From NCBI GenBank assembly GCA_051362555.1, contig CM120640.1, positions 68,240,788 to 68,304,787 of the forward strand: a DNA stretch of 64,000 bases. The letters run 5' to 3'. The notes beneath the pieces were generated by a model. The model saw only the letters and a list, made by a program, of their open reading frames with translations, had not been told where the DNA came from and ran no database searches. This DNA is from Lingula anatina (taxonomy: Eukaryota > Animalia > Brachiopoda). How positions within the stretch are numbered: position 1 is the stretch's first letter; every line of letters starts with the position of its first letter. Shown piece by piece: positions 26,801-40,810 of the stretch. Made by a program: the position numbers and the translations under genes.

Positions 26801-29800
26801 TCTTAAGTAGGAAAATAAAGTGGGGCTAGTTTAGAGAACTGGTCGGGTTTATAAAGGTTGGGAATTAGCTGGGAACCAGTTCTGCATAAATTGACAGCTG
26901 TGTGATAAATGAGCGCAATGCATTGTGCCTAGTGCTTATTCAGGTTGCTGCGCCAGTATGGAAATTGTGTCTGCGTGAACTGTGTGCTTGGCATATAGGA
27001 TTTCCTTTTAGCCAATTGATTGCAAGGGGAATTAACAAACATGACTCTAGAAAAGAATATGAGGATGAAACAAAGTGAAAGAAGGGTGAATTGAGGTTTT
27101 AGTTAAGAAAAGTGTAAGTTTTGAGATTTGATGGGGAAAATGAGGAGAAAATATCTGATTTCAATATTGACCTGTAAAGGTTGTTTTATATGGCTTAGTC
27201 ATGAATATACCATGCTCATGTGGGAAACAGGATTTTAGAAGATTGCTGCTGTTTAAAGGGAAGGAAAAACTTTTTAATCTTGAAACTAAGTTATTTATTA
27301 GTTAAGGAAGTGTTGACAAAGTAGTGATTTGTATTTGATTGATTTTTTGGGGAGATAGAATGAAAGGATGTTTGGTCTATATTTAGTATGGGCTGAATTC
27401 ATATTATTGATGCAGTGAGTGGAAAGACATATTTTTCTCTTGTTTTTCAACTGTTCATTGAGTGTTTTGATTTCGAAGAAAGATGTCACATGTAAGGGGA
27501 TAAAATAATGTTGATGACAATGTGTTTTTGTAGAATTTTTGTGATAGAATTCACTTTGCTAGGATGTTTTGCACCTGTGACCTTTGTTATGGCTCAAGTC
27601 TGCCAAGCAAGCTCTTTGTTTCAGATGGACACAAAGCTTAAACTTAAGGAAAAGGGATTATTTGCTGATGTTTTGGCAACTTTAAATTAGAGATAGGATA
27701 ATGTTAGACAGATTTGTATATTTTGTCCAGATTATGAATAAAAACAAAGAGCTGTTTACATTAAATATTCATACATTTGCATATAAGCTTTGTTGGGAAG
27801 CAAAGAGACCTGATGCCTATTTATTTATAATATATTTTTTTGGTTTTCATGAGAAATCTTTGGATAATTTTGTTTTATTAATTATTTTGAACCTTTTTCT
27901 CATTTAATTGTACAAATATTGGTTCATAATTTTTGCATTAAAACTATTTTAAATATTTATGCAATTGGTGCATTTTGAGAAAAAAATTCCATTTTGGCTT
28001 TTAAAATTTTTATTGGAAATGAGCCATGATGAAAATAATTCGTCATTGATTTTGATTTTTAAAAGACAGTGACACCTTCATACATGGTGAAGAGAACTGC
28101 TGCTGGCAATTTTGTGTATTCTTGTAATATCTTTTGATGAGAAACCTTATTGTGAGCCAGATTGGTCATCAGAGCTTTCATATTTTTTCTGTGCTCCAAT
28201 TTCTTTGCCAATCAGAATTTAGTTCAGTGCCTTCCCTTGAACAATAACTCTTTGCAGACACTTTCTTCATACGGGGGAATTGTATGGTGTTTACTTGCAC
28301 TATGCTGTACTTGTATGTTTGTATTCTTTTCTTTACTTGGCAGGTCATTCTCAGCAGTAGGGCTAGCTAGAAGCAAATTGGAAAAGGGGGCACTGGTTTG
28401 AAGAAAATGACAATATTTTGGGGTTTATAAAGATCATATTGTAATAAAGTATAATATATTGATTAAAAAGTATGCTTGGGGTCAGTGAATTTCATGGGAG
28501 TTTAAGTTTCTGTATGATGAAAAAGAAAGGAGTTGAGCATATTTAGAGGTTCGTTCATAGCCTGACTTAAGTCCAACAACATCAACTTGTGTTTTATAAA
28601 GAATAAAATTGAGAAGTGTGGAAATAAGTAGACTTAAATGTATGCTTAGGAATTATTAAATCATGTTTTATAAAGATTTCAAAAAATTCAGATGAAATGA
28701 AAATATTTTGAAATCTAAAGATGGTTTGTTTGTAGAATAGTTATTGTCTGTATTGGCCAGAGTTAGGATTTGGAATTTGTGATCTGCATGTAAGACCAGT
28801 GTTTAGATTGCACAGGTACTGCCCTTTCAGAATGTGGACTTCATTTAATATCAAACTTCTTAAATTTTCAAAAAATTCACCATTTCCAAACAGAGACATA
28901 GCCTATGCTTATTAGCAGCATGGAACAGTAGGCAATGGAACAATATAACTTATCATTTATCTTTTTATTGCTAATAACTACTTAACTAACTTTCTGCTGT
29001 GTTCAGTATTCTGATGGTTACTTTCAGAATAATACACATTGACCATTTTGAGATTGTCTGAATGAAAGTTGATTAGCAGATGAGTTTCATGTGGTTACCA
29101 CATCAAAGATGAACTTATACATAACGTATTATTCATACCAAAAATTATTATCAATGAAAGAAGAAAACATAGCTGTCCAAGTGTATGTGGGAAAGTCTTG
29201 TATATCTCAGCTTACTTTGTAGAAGTGGCATTTGTCTGAATTTGTTTGAAAATATTTTTTTGTACATTGCGATCACCCTTTCATTTGTAGGATCTCTCTG
29301 GCAGTTTAGACGACCTTAATTGTGATAGCAACAGTAACAGCAGTACTGGACCACCTCCAAATGCACCCACACCAACATCATCTGGCGCAGCAGGAATATC
29401 CCCCAGTCTCCGACCAGTCCAGTCACCGGTTGGCTCCAGTGGATCCCGCTCCAATACGCCAGCCTCTCTACCAGGTGAGGAGTTGGTGGGGCTTGAGGGG
29501 CCTCAGTTTTATTATTATTATTTTCACAAGTCTACAAACCATACGGTTGGGGAGGGAGGGGGTTGATGCCCTCTGTTGCCTTTTTAAAAATATTGAAAAG
29601 TGTTGATCCAAGTTGCTGTCAAAGGTCATTTCAGCTTTTCACTTTTTACTCTCTGAAGGGGGTGCACAGGGGGTCTGAATAAAGACTACTCTTTGTTGAC
29701 TTGTAAAAATGACGTTGCGTCATTCGGCCATTTTATGTGATGTTAATGTAGGACCATGGGTTGTACATTTTCAATTTCTGTTTCTGATCAGATGTTTTGA

Positions 29801-32800
29801 AAATAGCTTGAAAATACCTTAGAAATGCCCTAATTTTACTAAAGAATTATCGTGTTTACAAATTGGCAGGGCTGCCATGTTTCCTCCACGTGACTGTGCA
29901 TTGGTGTGATAGTTGAGATGGTCATGATTGTGAGGTGCATTTAAATGCAATACATGCTTTCAGAAGCTCACAATATCATATCATTGCAGTCTATAATATA
30001 TCATTGCAGTCTGAGATATTATAGACTGAAGAAACAATTCAGTGTTTAATGGTAGTATTGCAGTGACTTGTGTTGACCTCACTGTGCTGCTATTTAACAG
30101 TAATGTATCTTAGAGGTATTCAAACTTTTATAGCATACTTAAGTGATGACAGGATTCACATATAAAAAATCACATTCACATATCAAATCACCCTTAATGA
30201 CTGAATTTCCATTTCTTGTGAAAGTGATGAAGATTTAATTGTGAATTGTATTGTATTGAACCACAATAAAGAATCTGGTTGTTGTTTTGCAGGAAATCAG
30301 GCTGGCAGTCCAATGCCCCCTAGACCCCCCTCTAACCAATTAGACAGTCAGGTGCGCATGAGCCAGTCACCCATGCAGACTCAAGGTAAACTTATGATAT
30401 TTATAATACCTTAAAGAAACTTCTCAAAATTTTCCCATATCTTTAAACTCCAAAAAACTAGATGCATTATTAGCCAGTCCTTATGGTTAAGATTTCAGCC
30501 TAGCAGAAGGGTTGAGTTTATATAAATCAATAGGCCTTTTTTTCCTGCTTTCATTTCTTCAACTTAAGAAAATGAATTCCTCTATTTCTGTCAGGTCTGA
30601 ACCAGCAGATGATGCCCCCACCCATGGGGCCTAGTCAGATGAATTATGTGGGCAATAAGATGCACAGTGGGGGAACAATGATGGGCAGTCAACAGATGGG
30701 ACCCTACAGTCAGCAAGGACAGCAGTTTCAGCAAGGTAGAACACACACTCCTAAGATGAATTTTAAGCACCATGTCAGAACAACTTTTGTTGTACTTAAG
30801 TGACCTTTGTATATTTGATATCACATGGTAACCTTTTGCTTTGAAAGGGAATAATGCCTTCTTTATTAACTCTAAATCAACATTTTATTAAACTTTCAGG
30901 AAACTTTCCAAGGAGTCAGAACATGCAGGGCAACTATGGCAGCCCCCAGAATAACTACCCAAACCAGATGGGTTCAGCTCCTATGTATGGTGGCAATATG
31001 GCAGTGAACAGGGGCATGCAGAACTCTGGTTTTGGCAATAACTTTCCACAAGGTAGTGGCAACATGAACATGATGAACAATCAATATGGAGGTTATAACA
31101 ATATGGGTCCAAGTCACAATATGCCAAATAGTATGTCAAATAGTGTTGGTAGCATGAACTCCATGCCAGTGAATTCTGGAAACTCTATGGGAATGCAAGG
31201 TCCACCTGCTCAAGGTGCACACAAAATAGCACGCGAAATCCTTCTACAAGCGGCCAATTCGGCAGTTCGTCCTGGTGCTCCTGGTTATATGCGCCCACCC
31301 CAAGGGTTGCCCCCTCAACAGCAGCAGCAAGGCCCCCGTATGGCAGGCCCCCATGGCATGAACCAGTACAATTCCATGAATCAGATGCCTGGAAATTCTA
31401 TGAACCAGATGCCGTACAATAACACTGACATGGGAGGTGAAATGCCACCAAGTCTAGGGTCTGGGCAGAGTATGTCTAGTACCATGCCACCTAGTTCAAG
31501 TAGCATACCCTCTGGGGCAGGGACTAATAATATGACTAGTAGCAGTAATATAGCCAGCAGCATGTCCAGTAGTAGTGTATCTAGTGGAACAGGGCCTTCT
31601 AACAATATACAGAATACAAGTATGCTCAGTGCAAGTGTACATGCATCTACAAGTATGGCAATGGCTACAAGCAGTGCAATTTCAAGTCTGTCAAACACTG
31701 GTGTGAATAATAGTGCAGATGGAGGTGACAGCAAAGCTCCAGTGAACAACTTTTCATCAGGTATGTGAATGAATAGGGAATTTATTACATTTTTCAACCT
31801 GGAGGAACTTCATTCTTTCAACTGAGAAATTTTTGTTTAGATAATTTTCAGAAAATGGAACCTTAGAATATATCACATCTTGGAAATTAATCATTTATTG
31901 TTACAGTTAAGCATTGTGCTTTATTTCCATGTTTCTATTTTTGCTGGCTAGACTTGTCTGACCCATGAGTTATTGAAGAATACAGATAGTTACAAAATGT
32001 ATCTTTGTCTTCCAGGCACAAGTACTTCTGTGACCCAGAGCATATCCCAGAGTATATCAGCTCCAGGGCCTGGGCCAATGGCTAATGATACCATGTCAGG
32101 CGACAACTCTCAGGACACAGTTACCTCACAGACGACAGAAACAGAGGAAAAACCCAAGCCAAAGGTATAATTTTCACAGAATGTTTCATGTTTCTTAGGT
32201 TTGAACAACGGGGATAGTGAAGTAGTCTGTCTGACACTTACATATGCTAGAGAAAGTTGATTTTAGGAATTAAGAGTGGAGTGGAGTGGGGATGGGGGGC
32301 ACTTATGAAACTGATATGTGAAGAGACCTGGATTGTTAGCTCAAAAATGGTCTCTGAAAAATAAAACTTGATATCCTTTGCAGGAAATAAGTCACTTGAA
32401 TTTGGACGAAAATTGTGATAAAAATAGTAATTCTCATTGTTGCAGAATGAAAGTGTGTCTCACCCACCAACCCCAGCCAGTATAGTGGCGCCATCTCCTG
32501 GAGCTGGCAGCATGTCATCATTCCATGATGATCTAGAGAACATCAGCAGTCCAAGCTGGCCGGGAACGCCGGTAACTCTTGTAAATGATTTTATTTATAG
32601 AAGTTTGTGAAATTATAAACTAGAGACAAAGCCAGTATTCACATGCAAAACCACACCAAAACATGCAGCATTGCAGCCACACTTATGTGAGCACTGAAAT
32701 TTGCACTACTGAGGATAAGAACATGTTTAATTATTTAGTTCTAAAAACCCTAAAATGTTTTTTAACCTATTGGAGATCATCCAAGACAACCCTAAGTCTT

Positions 32801-35800
32801 GTGACTCTGTGTAAAGTCGAGCAAGATTTCCTGGATTTTTAGGACAGTTTTGTCAGAAATTAAGACAGACTAACAAGTGCTGTGCAGCAATAATTAAAAG
32901 CTGATAATTTATCCTTGGGGATTTTCTGGAAGTTCTTTTGCACATAGATACCTCATGCAGATTCTTGCAAGTTTTCTGGTCTTAAACAGTGTCATACTGT
33001 GCCAACATTCTCATTTTGGGCTATCTTGGATGATCCCTATTGCTGTTGCCTTTCTTTAATAAGTAAATAATTTACATCCAGCTGTTCTCATGAGTTATGA
33101 ATTAAATAAATGTAAATTAAATTCTTATCAGATATGTGGTCTTAAGTGAAAATTTAGTTTAGCTTTATTGCTTACCTGCAAAGCTTTTGGTTACCTTATG
33201 TACCAGTTGGCTTTTTTGAAAAAACTTTCATCATAATCATCTTCTGATCTTTTAATTTCAGAAAAATGGTAAAGACAGTGTCCTAGTTGCTTTGTATGAT
33301 TTGGGAGAAGAGCCAGAAAGAAAGACATTCCTTGACAAGCTTAATGCCTTTGTAGAGGAGAGGGGCACTCCATTCACTACAGCTCCCACCATGAACAAGC
33401 AACCTCTAGATCTCTTCAAGCTCTATAATGCTGTCAAAGAAAGAGGAGGGGTGGCAGATGTGAGTTCATAGTCTTATATCTGGCAGTTTCTTGTAAAAAC
33501 TCATTTCTAGTTTGACCCTAACTAGATGACATAATGAAAGTAATGACAAATCATTATACCAAATATGCTGTATTTTGAATTTTTTGATAAATATACTGCC
33601 TCCCCCCCCCCCCCCAAAAAAAAAAAAAAAAAAAAAATTCACACTTCACTGTTCATCTTTTTTCAGGTGACAAAATCCAAGAAATGGAAAGAAGTCTGTG
33701 GTGCTCTGGGTGTCAGTGCTAATGCTGGTTACACTGTGCGGAAGCATTACCTCAAGTTTCTGCTTACCTTTGAGTGCCGCTTTGACCGTGGTGGTATTGA
33801 TCCACAGAGTGTAATAACACAGATAGAGAACTGTACACAGTCCAAGAAGAGGGACAGAAGTGCTGCAGCACAAGGTAAGAGAGATACTCCCATGGTTTTA
33901 TGAAGTGACCGAGTATAGCAGTCAGATATATATATTATGTCATACCAATTTAATTGATCTACAAAGCTATGTCCACATAAATAAATTCTACATATTTGGT
34001 CCTTGAATAGTGATTGTAGAAGTCACTGAATGAGTCATTTTCATTGGTACACTTTTATGGGAAATAATATGGCAATGAACTGTATTTAAATTTATGAAAA
34101 TTGATATTATTTAGTTGGCAACAACATGGTGAGGCCTCCCAGTGTCCAGAGCCATAACAGTATGGACAACTTTTCTGGTATGCCACATGGAGGAATGGGA
34201 CAGATGTCCGAGATGAATGGGCCTACAGGATATCATGGACACATGGGTATGCCTAACGCCATGGGGCCTCCTAACACCATGGGAATGCTGGGTCCAAACG
34301 GCATGGGGCCCAACATGCCACAGAACAACATGGTGCCCAACATGGGGCATGGTGGCATGATGGGTGGAAATCAAGGAGGTATGATGGGGAATAATGCAAT
34401 GATGCCAAACCATACAGACAGTGTCAAATTGTCAGATCCTTTCTCAGATGAAGCCATGGGGCCTAGTCAGTATCCAAGAAGCTCCATGGGTATGAACACA
34501 CAGGTTCCACCTTACTCTGGCTCCACCATGAACATGGCAAATTCTAACACTCAAATGACACCACAGTCAGGGATGCAGACAAGTATGGCAAGTTCATTCA
34601 ACTCCAGGCCTAGTATGGGGGGCAGCGGCGGCGGACCAGGCTTCCCAATGAATCAGAACAGCATGGTAGATAATTATCCCAATGAAGTCCCCAATTTGCC
34701 GGCAGAAAACCAAATGCAGTTCCAGGAAGGATTCCCAGGGAATCGTGGGATGCAGCAGCAAGAAAGTTACCATAGCAACCAACAAGGCAGCATGAATCAG
34801 TTTGGAAATCAGTTTGAGAACAGGTAAATTTGATTATTAATACACATTTCACAGGGTTAATATGAAGTTCATTTAGTGGTTGGCTCTAGTTGACATTGGT
34901 TAGTGTTAGGGGTATACTTCAGGCTACCCTAATTTTGCTCCCACTCAAATGACAATAAGTTGGAATACCACTTTTCTGGTTATATTTGATGTTACTTGTC
35001 ACTTAGATACCCTAGCTATATCAGTTTTTCTCTATTCAATACATGTTTCAGTTTTTATGAAAGCCATTGACCACATTACTTGCTCTCTCAGGTTTGACCA
35101 GCAAAGACCTATGGTGCCCAGTCAGTCCATGCGTCCTCCACAACCTCCCAGCATGCAACAGCAGCAGCCGCCCAATCAAGAGCAGGGGCAGATGTTCGGC
35201 AACCGGTTTGGTAGTCCTATGCCTCGCCCCACAGGTCCTCAACAGGAACAGCAGCAACATTTTAGTGGTAACCAGACATTTCCCAATCAGAGACCATTCC
35301 CTAGTCAAGACCAGTTTGGTGGCTCTGGAGGCTATAGTAACCAGGGGCAACAGCAGCAGCAGCAGTCAGTGGCGCCCTCAAGTGGATTTCCAGCACAGCA
35401 AGGACCCATGCAGACACCACAGAAAAGGTTCCCTGGAGACATGGGGAGAGATGGATACAACATGCCATCAGGTATTTAAAAAAAAAATTCAGTACATACA
35501 TGTCCCTTCTTTTAATTATGCATTTGCAACTTGTATACCAACCTTTTTTTTTTTTACAGAAAAAATTATAAATCTGGTTCTTTTCTCTCTTTAGGTTTTG
35601 GTCAGCAAACTCCGCAGCAAGCCTCACAACCTCCAGGTAATATAAACTTATAGAAAGTTTAAATTTGGACATTTTTATTAGTTTTAATGTCACAACTGGT
35701 ATTTGCTTTAATGGGTGGAATGTTATAAGTTGTGCACTTAAAAGATGTATGCACTTATTTCTCTAAATTGGTGTATGATTTTTCTAGTACTACTAGAATT

Positions 35801-38800
35801 CTTTTTGATGGTAGATAATAGACTAACATGTCTAATTTATACTGAATATGTTACCTTTTTCTACATCCCTAATTTATATAAATATTTCTGCATCTGTAGG
35901 TGTCTTGTACCCTATGTGATAGACCTGTGTAGCTAACTCAGTTTTACCTTTTAGGTTATATCTTTATGATTTACCATTTCAGAACTAACTCTTCTTTTGA
36001 GTTTAACATTTCAGTCTGTTTGTTGATGCAGTCAGCAAACTGCACTGGTTTTGTATCTGCATGGAAATAATTTGTAGTTCTAGAGAGCATCATGGAATGA
36101 GGCACGGGTAAAACTACATACCTATTTAAGCCTGAAGCAACCTTATTCCAGCCCATGATGCCCTCTTATCTTACAGTAACTCTGTAGTTTTCTCTCTTTT
36201 AGATTTAACCTAACTCCCAGACCCATCCTACTTCTGCCAAGCCAAGGCCTGATCTGAGGGCATTTTTGTATCTCTGTATGTTTCAGGTTACTATGAGAGC
36301 CAATTGAGAAATGGTCCACGCCCAACACCAGATATGCAGTTTGATAATTTTGCAGGGGGAGTAGGAAACGGAATGTACTCCTTTCCTCCCACACCTGATC
36401 ATGGTCCTATGACAATGTCTAATGATTTCACAGATCACCGCTCCCCGGGACATGAGCAGTGGGGGAACAGATATGGCAGTGTGCACCCTAGGGGGTTTGG
36501 ACCGGCTGGTATGGCCCAGCACCTGCCTCCTAACCAGTCTCCAGCCAGCATGCCAACACCGATGCCATATGGATCCCAGACCATGCCAGCCAGGATGTCT
36601 CCACATAGGGATGCCAGGCAGTATTTCCAGTCTGGGAGGATGCATGTAAGTGGAAGAACCTATCCTGGTATACAAATTTGATAAAATCGATATGCTTACA
36701 AAAATATTGGGTTATTTCGAATTTTATCAAAGTAGGAAAACATATATGAAAGAAATAAAAACTTTTCATTATTATATTTATAAGATTAATTTATTATATC
36801 TGCAGAAGCCTGGCATGCAGTTTCCTAAAAAGGAGGTCACATTCCCACCTGAAAGTGTGGAAGCTGTCACCCCAGTCTTTGCTAAACGCAGGAAAATAAC
36901 TGCAAAGGATATAAGTAAGTTCAGACAACATTATTCTTGATTATGGTAAAGTTTTGTTCACCTTTCATTTTGAGGATTCATTTATGTTATAAAGTTAACA
37001 GTAACTGAATAATGTTAATAAGATTCTTAAGCCGACTATGAACTAACGACCTTTATTTATGTATTCTCAGACAGTGAAGAGAGTCTGGATCAATTTTTCA
37101 GCTCCTGTTGACCCCTGGAGGCTAGTGATGTCCCTCAAGTCTGGGTTACTTGCAGAGAGCACCTGGGCTCTGGACACCTTGACCATTCTCTTGTTTGATG
37201 ACAGCACAGTCACTTATTTTGGTCTTAACAAATTACCAGGGCTAGTGGACGTTCTCCTGGACCACTTCTTCAGGTGCTTGGTAGAAGTCTTTGGAGATCA
37301 GTTTGAACAGTTGGGTTATGGAAAAGGTGACAAGTGTAAAATATCTGCATTAAAACAAGATGGCAATAATAGTGACGTTGAGCATAAGGATGACTCTTTT
37401 GTTGAAGAAAGTGATGAAGAAAAAGCTTACAAGGCTGTCATTATGGACATAGAAGAGAGGAAATGTGAATCACTTACACAGCCTGATAATTACACTATGC
37501 TTACTAGAAATGGCTTAAAGGTGAAAGTCGAGGAATCTTCACCAGAAAATGGTGCTTTGGACAAGAAACTTTGGGACAGATACACAAGATTTCCAGATAC
37601 AGGAAGTTTTCTGATGGGGTTTAGAGACATTTCTACTCATGTTCAGACACATTTTGAGGATGGGAATGCATATAATGTGTTGAAAGAGAAGTTTTTCACA
37701 AAGAAGCACATAGAAGTGATGGAGGAGGTCAAGAAAGAGAAGAAGGTTCAGACAATACAGGATGAGGAAAAAGAGAGCGAGGCACCTGGAGAGGAAGATG
37801 CCAAAGTGAAACTTGAGCCATCCAAACCTTCTCACCAAGATGTGATCACAAAAAATGAACTTGAGACATTAGATGTCAAAACTGAAAACCATGTCAATTG
37901 TGAAAAAGAACGAGCAAATTGTGAAAAGAGCATGGTGAAGAAAAATGACATATTGCCGCACATCCCTAACAACATAAAGAAGGAGTTACTGGACATAGAA
38001 GACATGGAGTCAAAAAGGAATGAAGTCAAGTTAGAGAACAAAGAATCCACCATGGATGATAAAACACATGAGCAAAATGACAAAGAGGCCGAACTTTTAA
38101 GTGAAAGTGGTGATAAACAGGACGATGGTGAACATTCAAAACCAATGGCTGAAAAATGCAATGCTTCTGAGTCTACTGTTAGTTTCTGCCGCAAACGCAA
38201 GTTAGAAGATGGGGTAGAAGAGGAGCCCTATGTCCGTGATGAACCTCCCTTACACCTCATCTCCGATGCTCAAGAAGAGCTCACACGTAGGTGTACATGC
38301 ATTTCCAACATTTTCCGCAGCTTGGCTTGTATTCCTGGCAATGATACTTACCTGTCAAAGCACACTGCTTTTCTCACCATCATGGGGAAGATTCTAACAC
38401 TGCATGCAGAGAATTCTGTGTCTCACCACCAGGAACGCAAAGATGAATCCAAGGTCAATGTCACTCAGTCTGCAGAACATGAGAGTTTAAGTGAAGATAT
38501 TGTTGACGAGACCCAGGGCCGAGACAAGTGGTGGTGGCACTGTTTGGAAGCCTTGCGGGAGAATACTTTGGTCACATTTGCAAATATTGCTGGCCATCTG
38601 AATCTGTCCAAGTATCCTGAAGAGTGCTGCAGACCAGTTATGGAAGGTTTTCTCTACTGGGCTGTGAATTCCTCCGCATATGCCAACGATCCCATGCCTA
38701 CTATGTCACCCAACTCCGTCCTATCACCCAAACGTCTAGTGTTGGAATCCTTGTGCAAGATGTGCATTCATGAGTCAAATGTTGATCTCTTGTTGGCCAC

Positions 38801-39251
38801 TCCTCCATTCAGCCGCTTGATAAAGCTTTTCACAGGACTAGTAAGATTACTGTCAGACACATCAGAACAAGTCACAAGGGAGTTTGCGTTGGTGTTACTA
38901 TCTAGTCTTGTACGTGGGGATGACAGTGCCGCTAGGGCCATTGCACTTCAACACCCCAGTATATCACTTCTCATAGACTTTGTTGAGAAGGCAGAACACA
39001 ACGCTCTTCAAGTAGCAAACACTCAGGGTATTAACATGCTGCGGGACAACCCAGAAATGATGGGAACAAGTTTGGACATGCTACGTCGCGCTGCATACAC
39101 ATTGCTTTACTTGAGCCGCGTGCCGGAAAACCGCTCTTTGTTCCTTCACCACCAAGAGAGGTTACTCACCTTGACCATGTCACAGATCTTAGACCAGCAT
39201 GTTGCCCAGATCCTGGCAGATGTGCTGTATGAATGCTCACACGTATCATGA
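20858..39251 (+). CDS. ARID1: AT-rich interactive domain protein 1 (ARID1A/B, osa, BAF250; SWI/SNF subunit). Exons 20858-21616, 24454-24630, 24845-24988, 25830-25895, 29291-29474, 30293-30385, 30595-30735, 30900-31760, 32016-32164, 32446-32571, 33262-33459, 33667-33874, 34115-34823, 35092-35471, 35595-35636, 36287-36645, 36806-36914, 37102-39251
   Basis: GPTPTLNQLLQS LxxLL motif; DLSGSLDDL; MPPRPPS; ARID domain (LYDLGEEPERKTFLDKL...PLDLFKLYNAVKERGG...VTKSKKWKEV...VRKHYLKFLLTFECRFDRGG); FPPESVEA...PWRLVMSLKSGLLAESTWALDTLTILLFDD; BAF250_C region (NVDLLLATPPFSRL, MGTSLDMLRRAA). Q/P/G/M/N-rich low-complexity exons; junction phases are consistent where I checked them. Confidence 0.96.
32771..33039. 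mobile_element. MITE in ARID1 intron
   Basis: GATCATCCAAGACAACCC (~32775) and GGGCTATCTTGGATGATC (~33017) are imperfect inverted termini about 270 bp apart. Confidence 0.55.
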
Positions 39252-40810
39252 TAGACAGATGCATGAACACTTGCATCAGTATAGTCTGGTGCATAGATTG
39301 CTCTACAGTATGTACAGTCCATATAGCTCCTCTGAGGAAGAAAACAAAGCTTGGAGAGTTCTGTAGATATGTAATGTACAGTTCACCAAGTGTCCATTTA
39401 TTCATTATCATCAGTACTAGAAATTTGTTTTTTTGTTGTTTAAGTGTTATTTATAGTTGAAAATCTTTGGTTGTAAAACAGCCCATTTACTGGTACTTTG
39501 ATTTGCTCAGATTGAAATCAGTAAGTGGAATTTTTTGTTCAGAATGGGACGGAATTGAGTTAGCATTCAGAGCAGAGCAGACTGGTTTGTTGCACTTGCC
39601 AGAATGTAGAATTTGTAGTGATTTATGCACTATTTAATTTTTTGAAAGCGATTGAACAAGCAATGATCATGGCAGCAGCAGAAGTTCACTTGAATATTTT
39701 ATTTATTACATTCAAAAAGCCCTGTGTCTGTTCGGATTTTTTTGTAGAATAGAAATTTTGCAACAGTTTAACATATAGTAAATTGAATAAACTTCACAAT
39801 TTTGGATGATTGTCCAGTGATAAGATGTTAGACATAGTTGGTATTTAGCATTTGAGATGAAAGTTGTGTGTAAGTGTATGGGCATTCATTTCATCAGTTA
39901 TTACATGTTTCTTGTACTATTCTATCATATAAGACACTACTACCAGCAAAATGTGCAAATGCTTTATATTTCTTTGAAGAATATAAAATGTAAATAAACA
40001 TATTGTAATAAAGAAAACTTTGTTAAAAATAATAAACAGATTTGTTTATTCAGTATATAGAAAGTCAAATAAGAAAAAAATTAAAAATCTAATTTTATTG
40101 TCATCAAAACTTTGTTTGATGATGAGGCTCTTTTTCTATCCCTTAAATATTTATTACATTTTCTCGAGTGTCAAATATCATAGCTTTGTCTGGAAACACC
40201 ATTTCGGGCTATAATTCCCCAAAGTTTTCATTCTTGATACAGTTTTCACAGTTCGATTCATGTCAATTTTGCACGGCATTGTGGTTCAAGTAAAACCACT
40301 TTCTGAAACATACTACAAAATGTGCATCTTTAAATGTTCGGTATGCCTATCCTACATTTCTACAATTTGTGCTATAAAAGGAAAGAAATAAAATAATGAA
40401 ATTTGTACAATATTCAATTGACCATTAATTTTATGCAGATCAAACAAGAAAGATAAAGCTATACTCATCACTTGAGCATGTGATAGCAAAGATGGTGACT
40501 ACAAACCTGGATTGTGTATAGATTTATGTTCATCAATACTTGCATTTGTCATCACATCTGTCCATTGTTCATTTCATTTAGCAGTTACATGACCTGTTGT
40601 CCACTGTTTGTGATATACAAATGTAATTATCAACACAGCCATTTTATCCTATGTAAAGCACTTCATTAGGGACAAGAAGATCATTTGCTCTTGTATTTCA
40701 TTTGCAAGATGATGAATACACCATAAGGAGGAATAGGCAAGTGTTAACCTCTTGTTAGTAAAGTACAAATGCAATTATTACCAGCCTCGGAATAATGCTA
40801 TTATTGTCAC

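Noticed and set aside
36151-36286. Possible C/D-box snoRNA (ATGATGC...CTGA) or alternative acceptor at 36203 in an ARID1 intron
   Set aside because: The C box is imperfect and I could not recognise an rRNA guide. The alternative acceptor gives an immediate in-frame TAA. Neither is supportable without expression data.
31381-38200. Antisense and alternative-frame ORFs over ARID1 exons (likewise 52832-53341 over HELB and 43965-44477 over 7TM paralogue B)
   Set aside because: Shadow ORFs produced by low-complexity or biased codon usage in the real exons, with no recognisable protein features.
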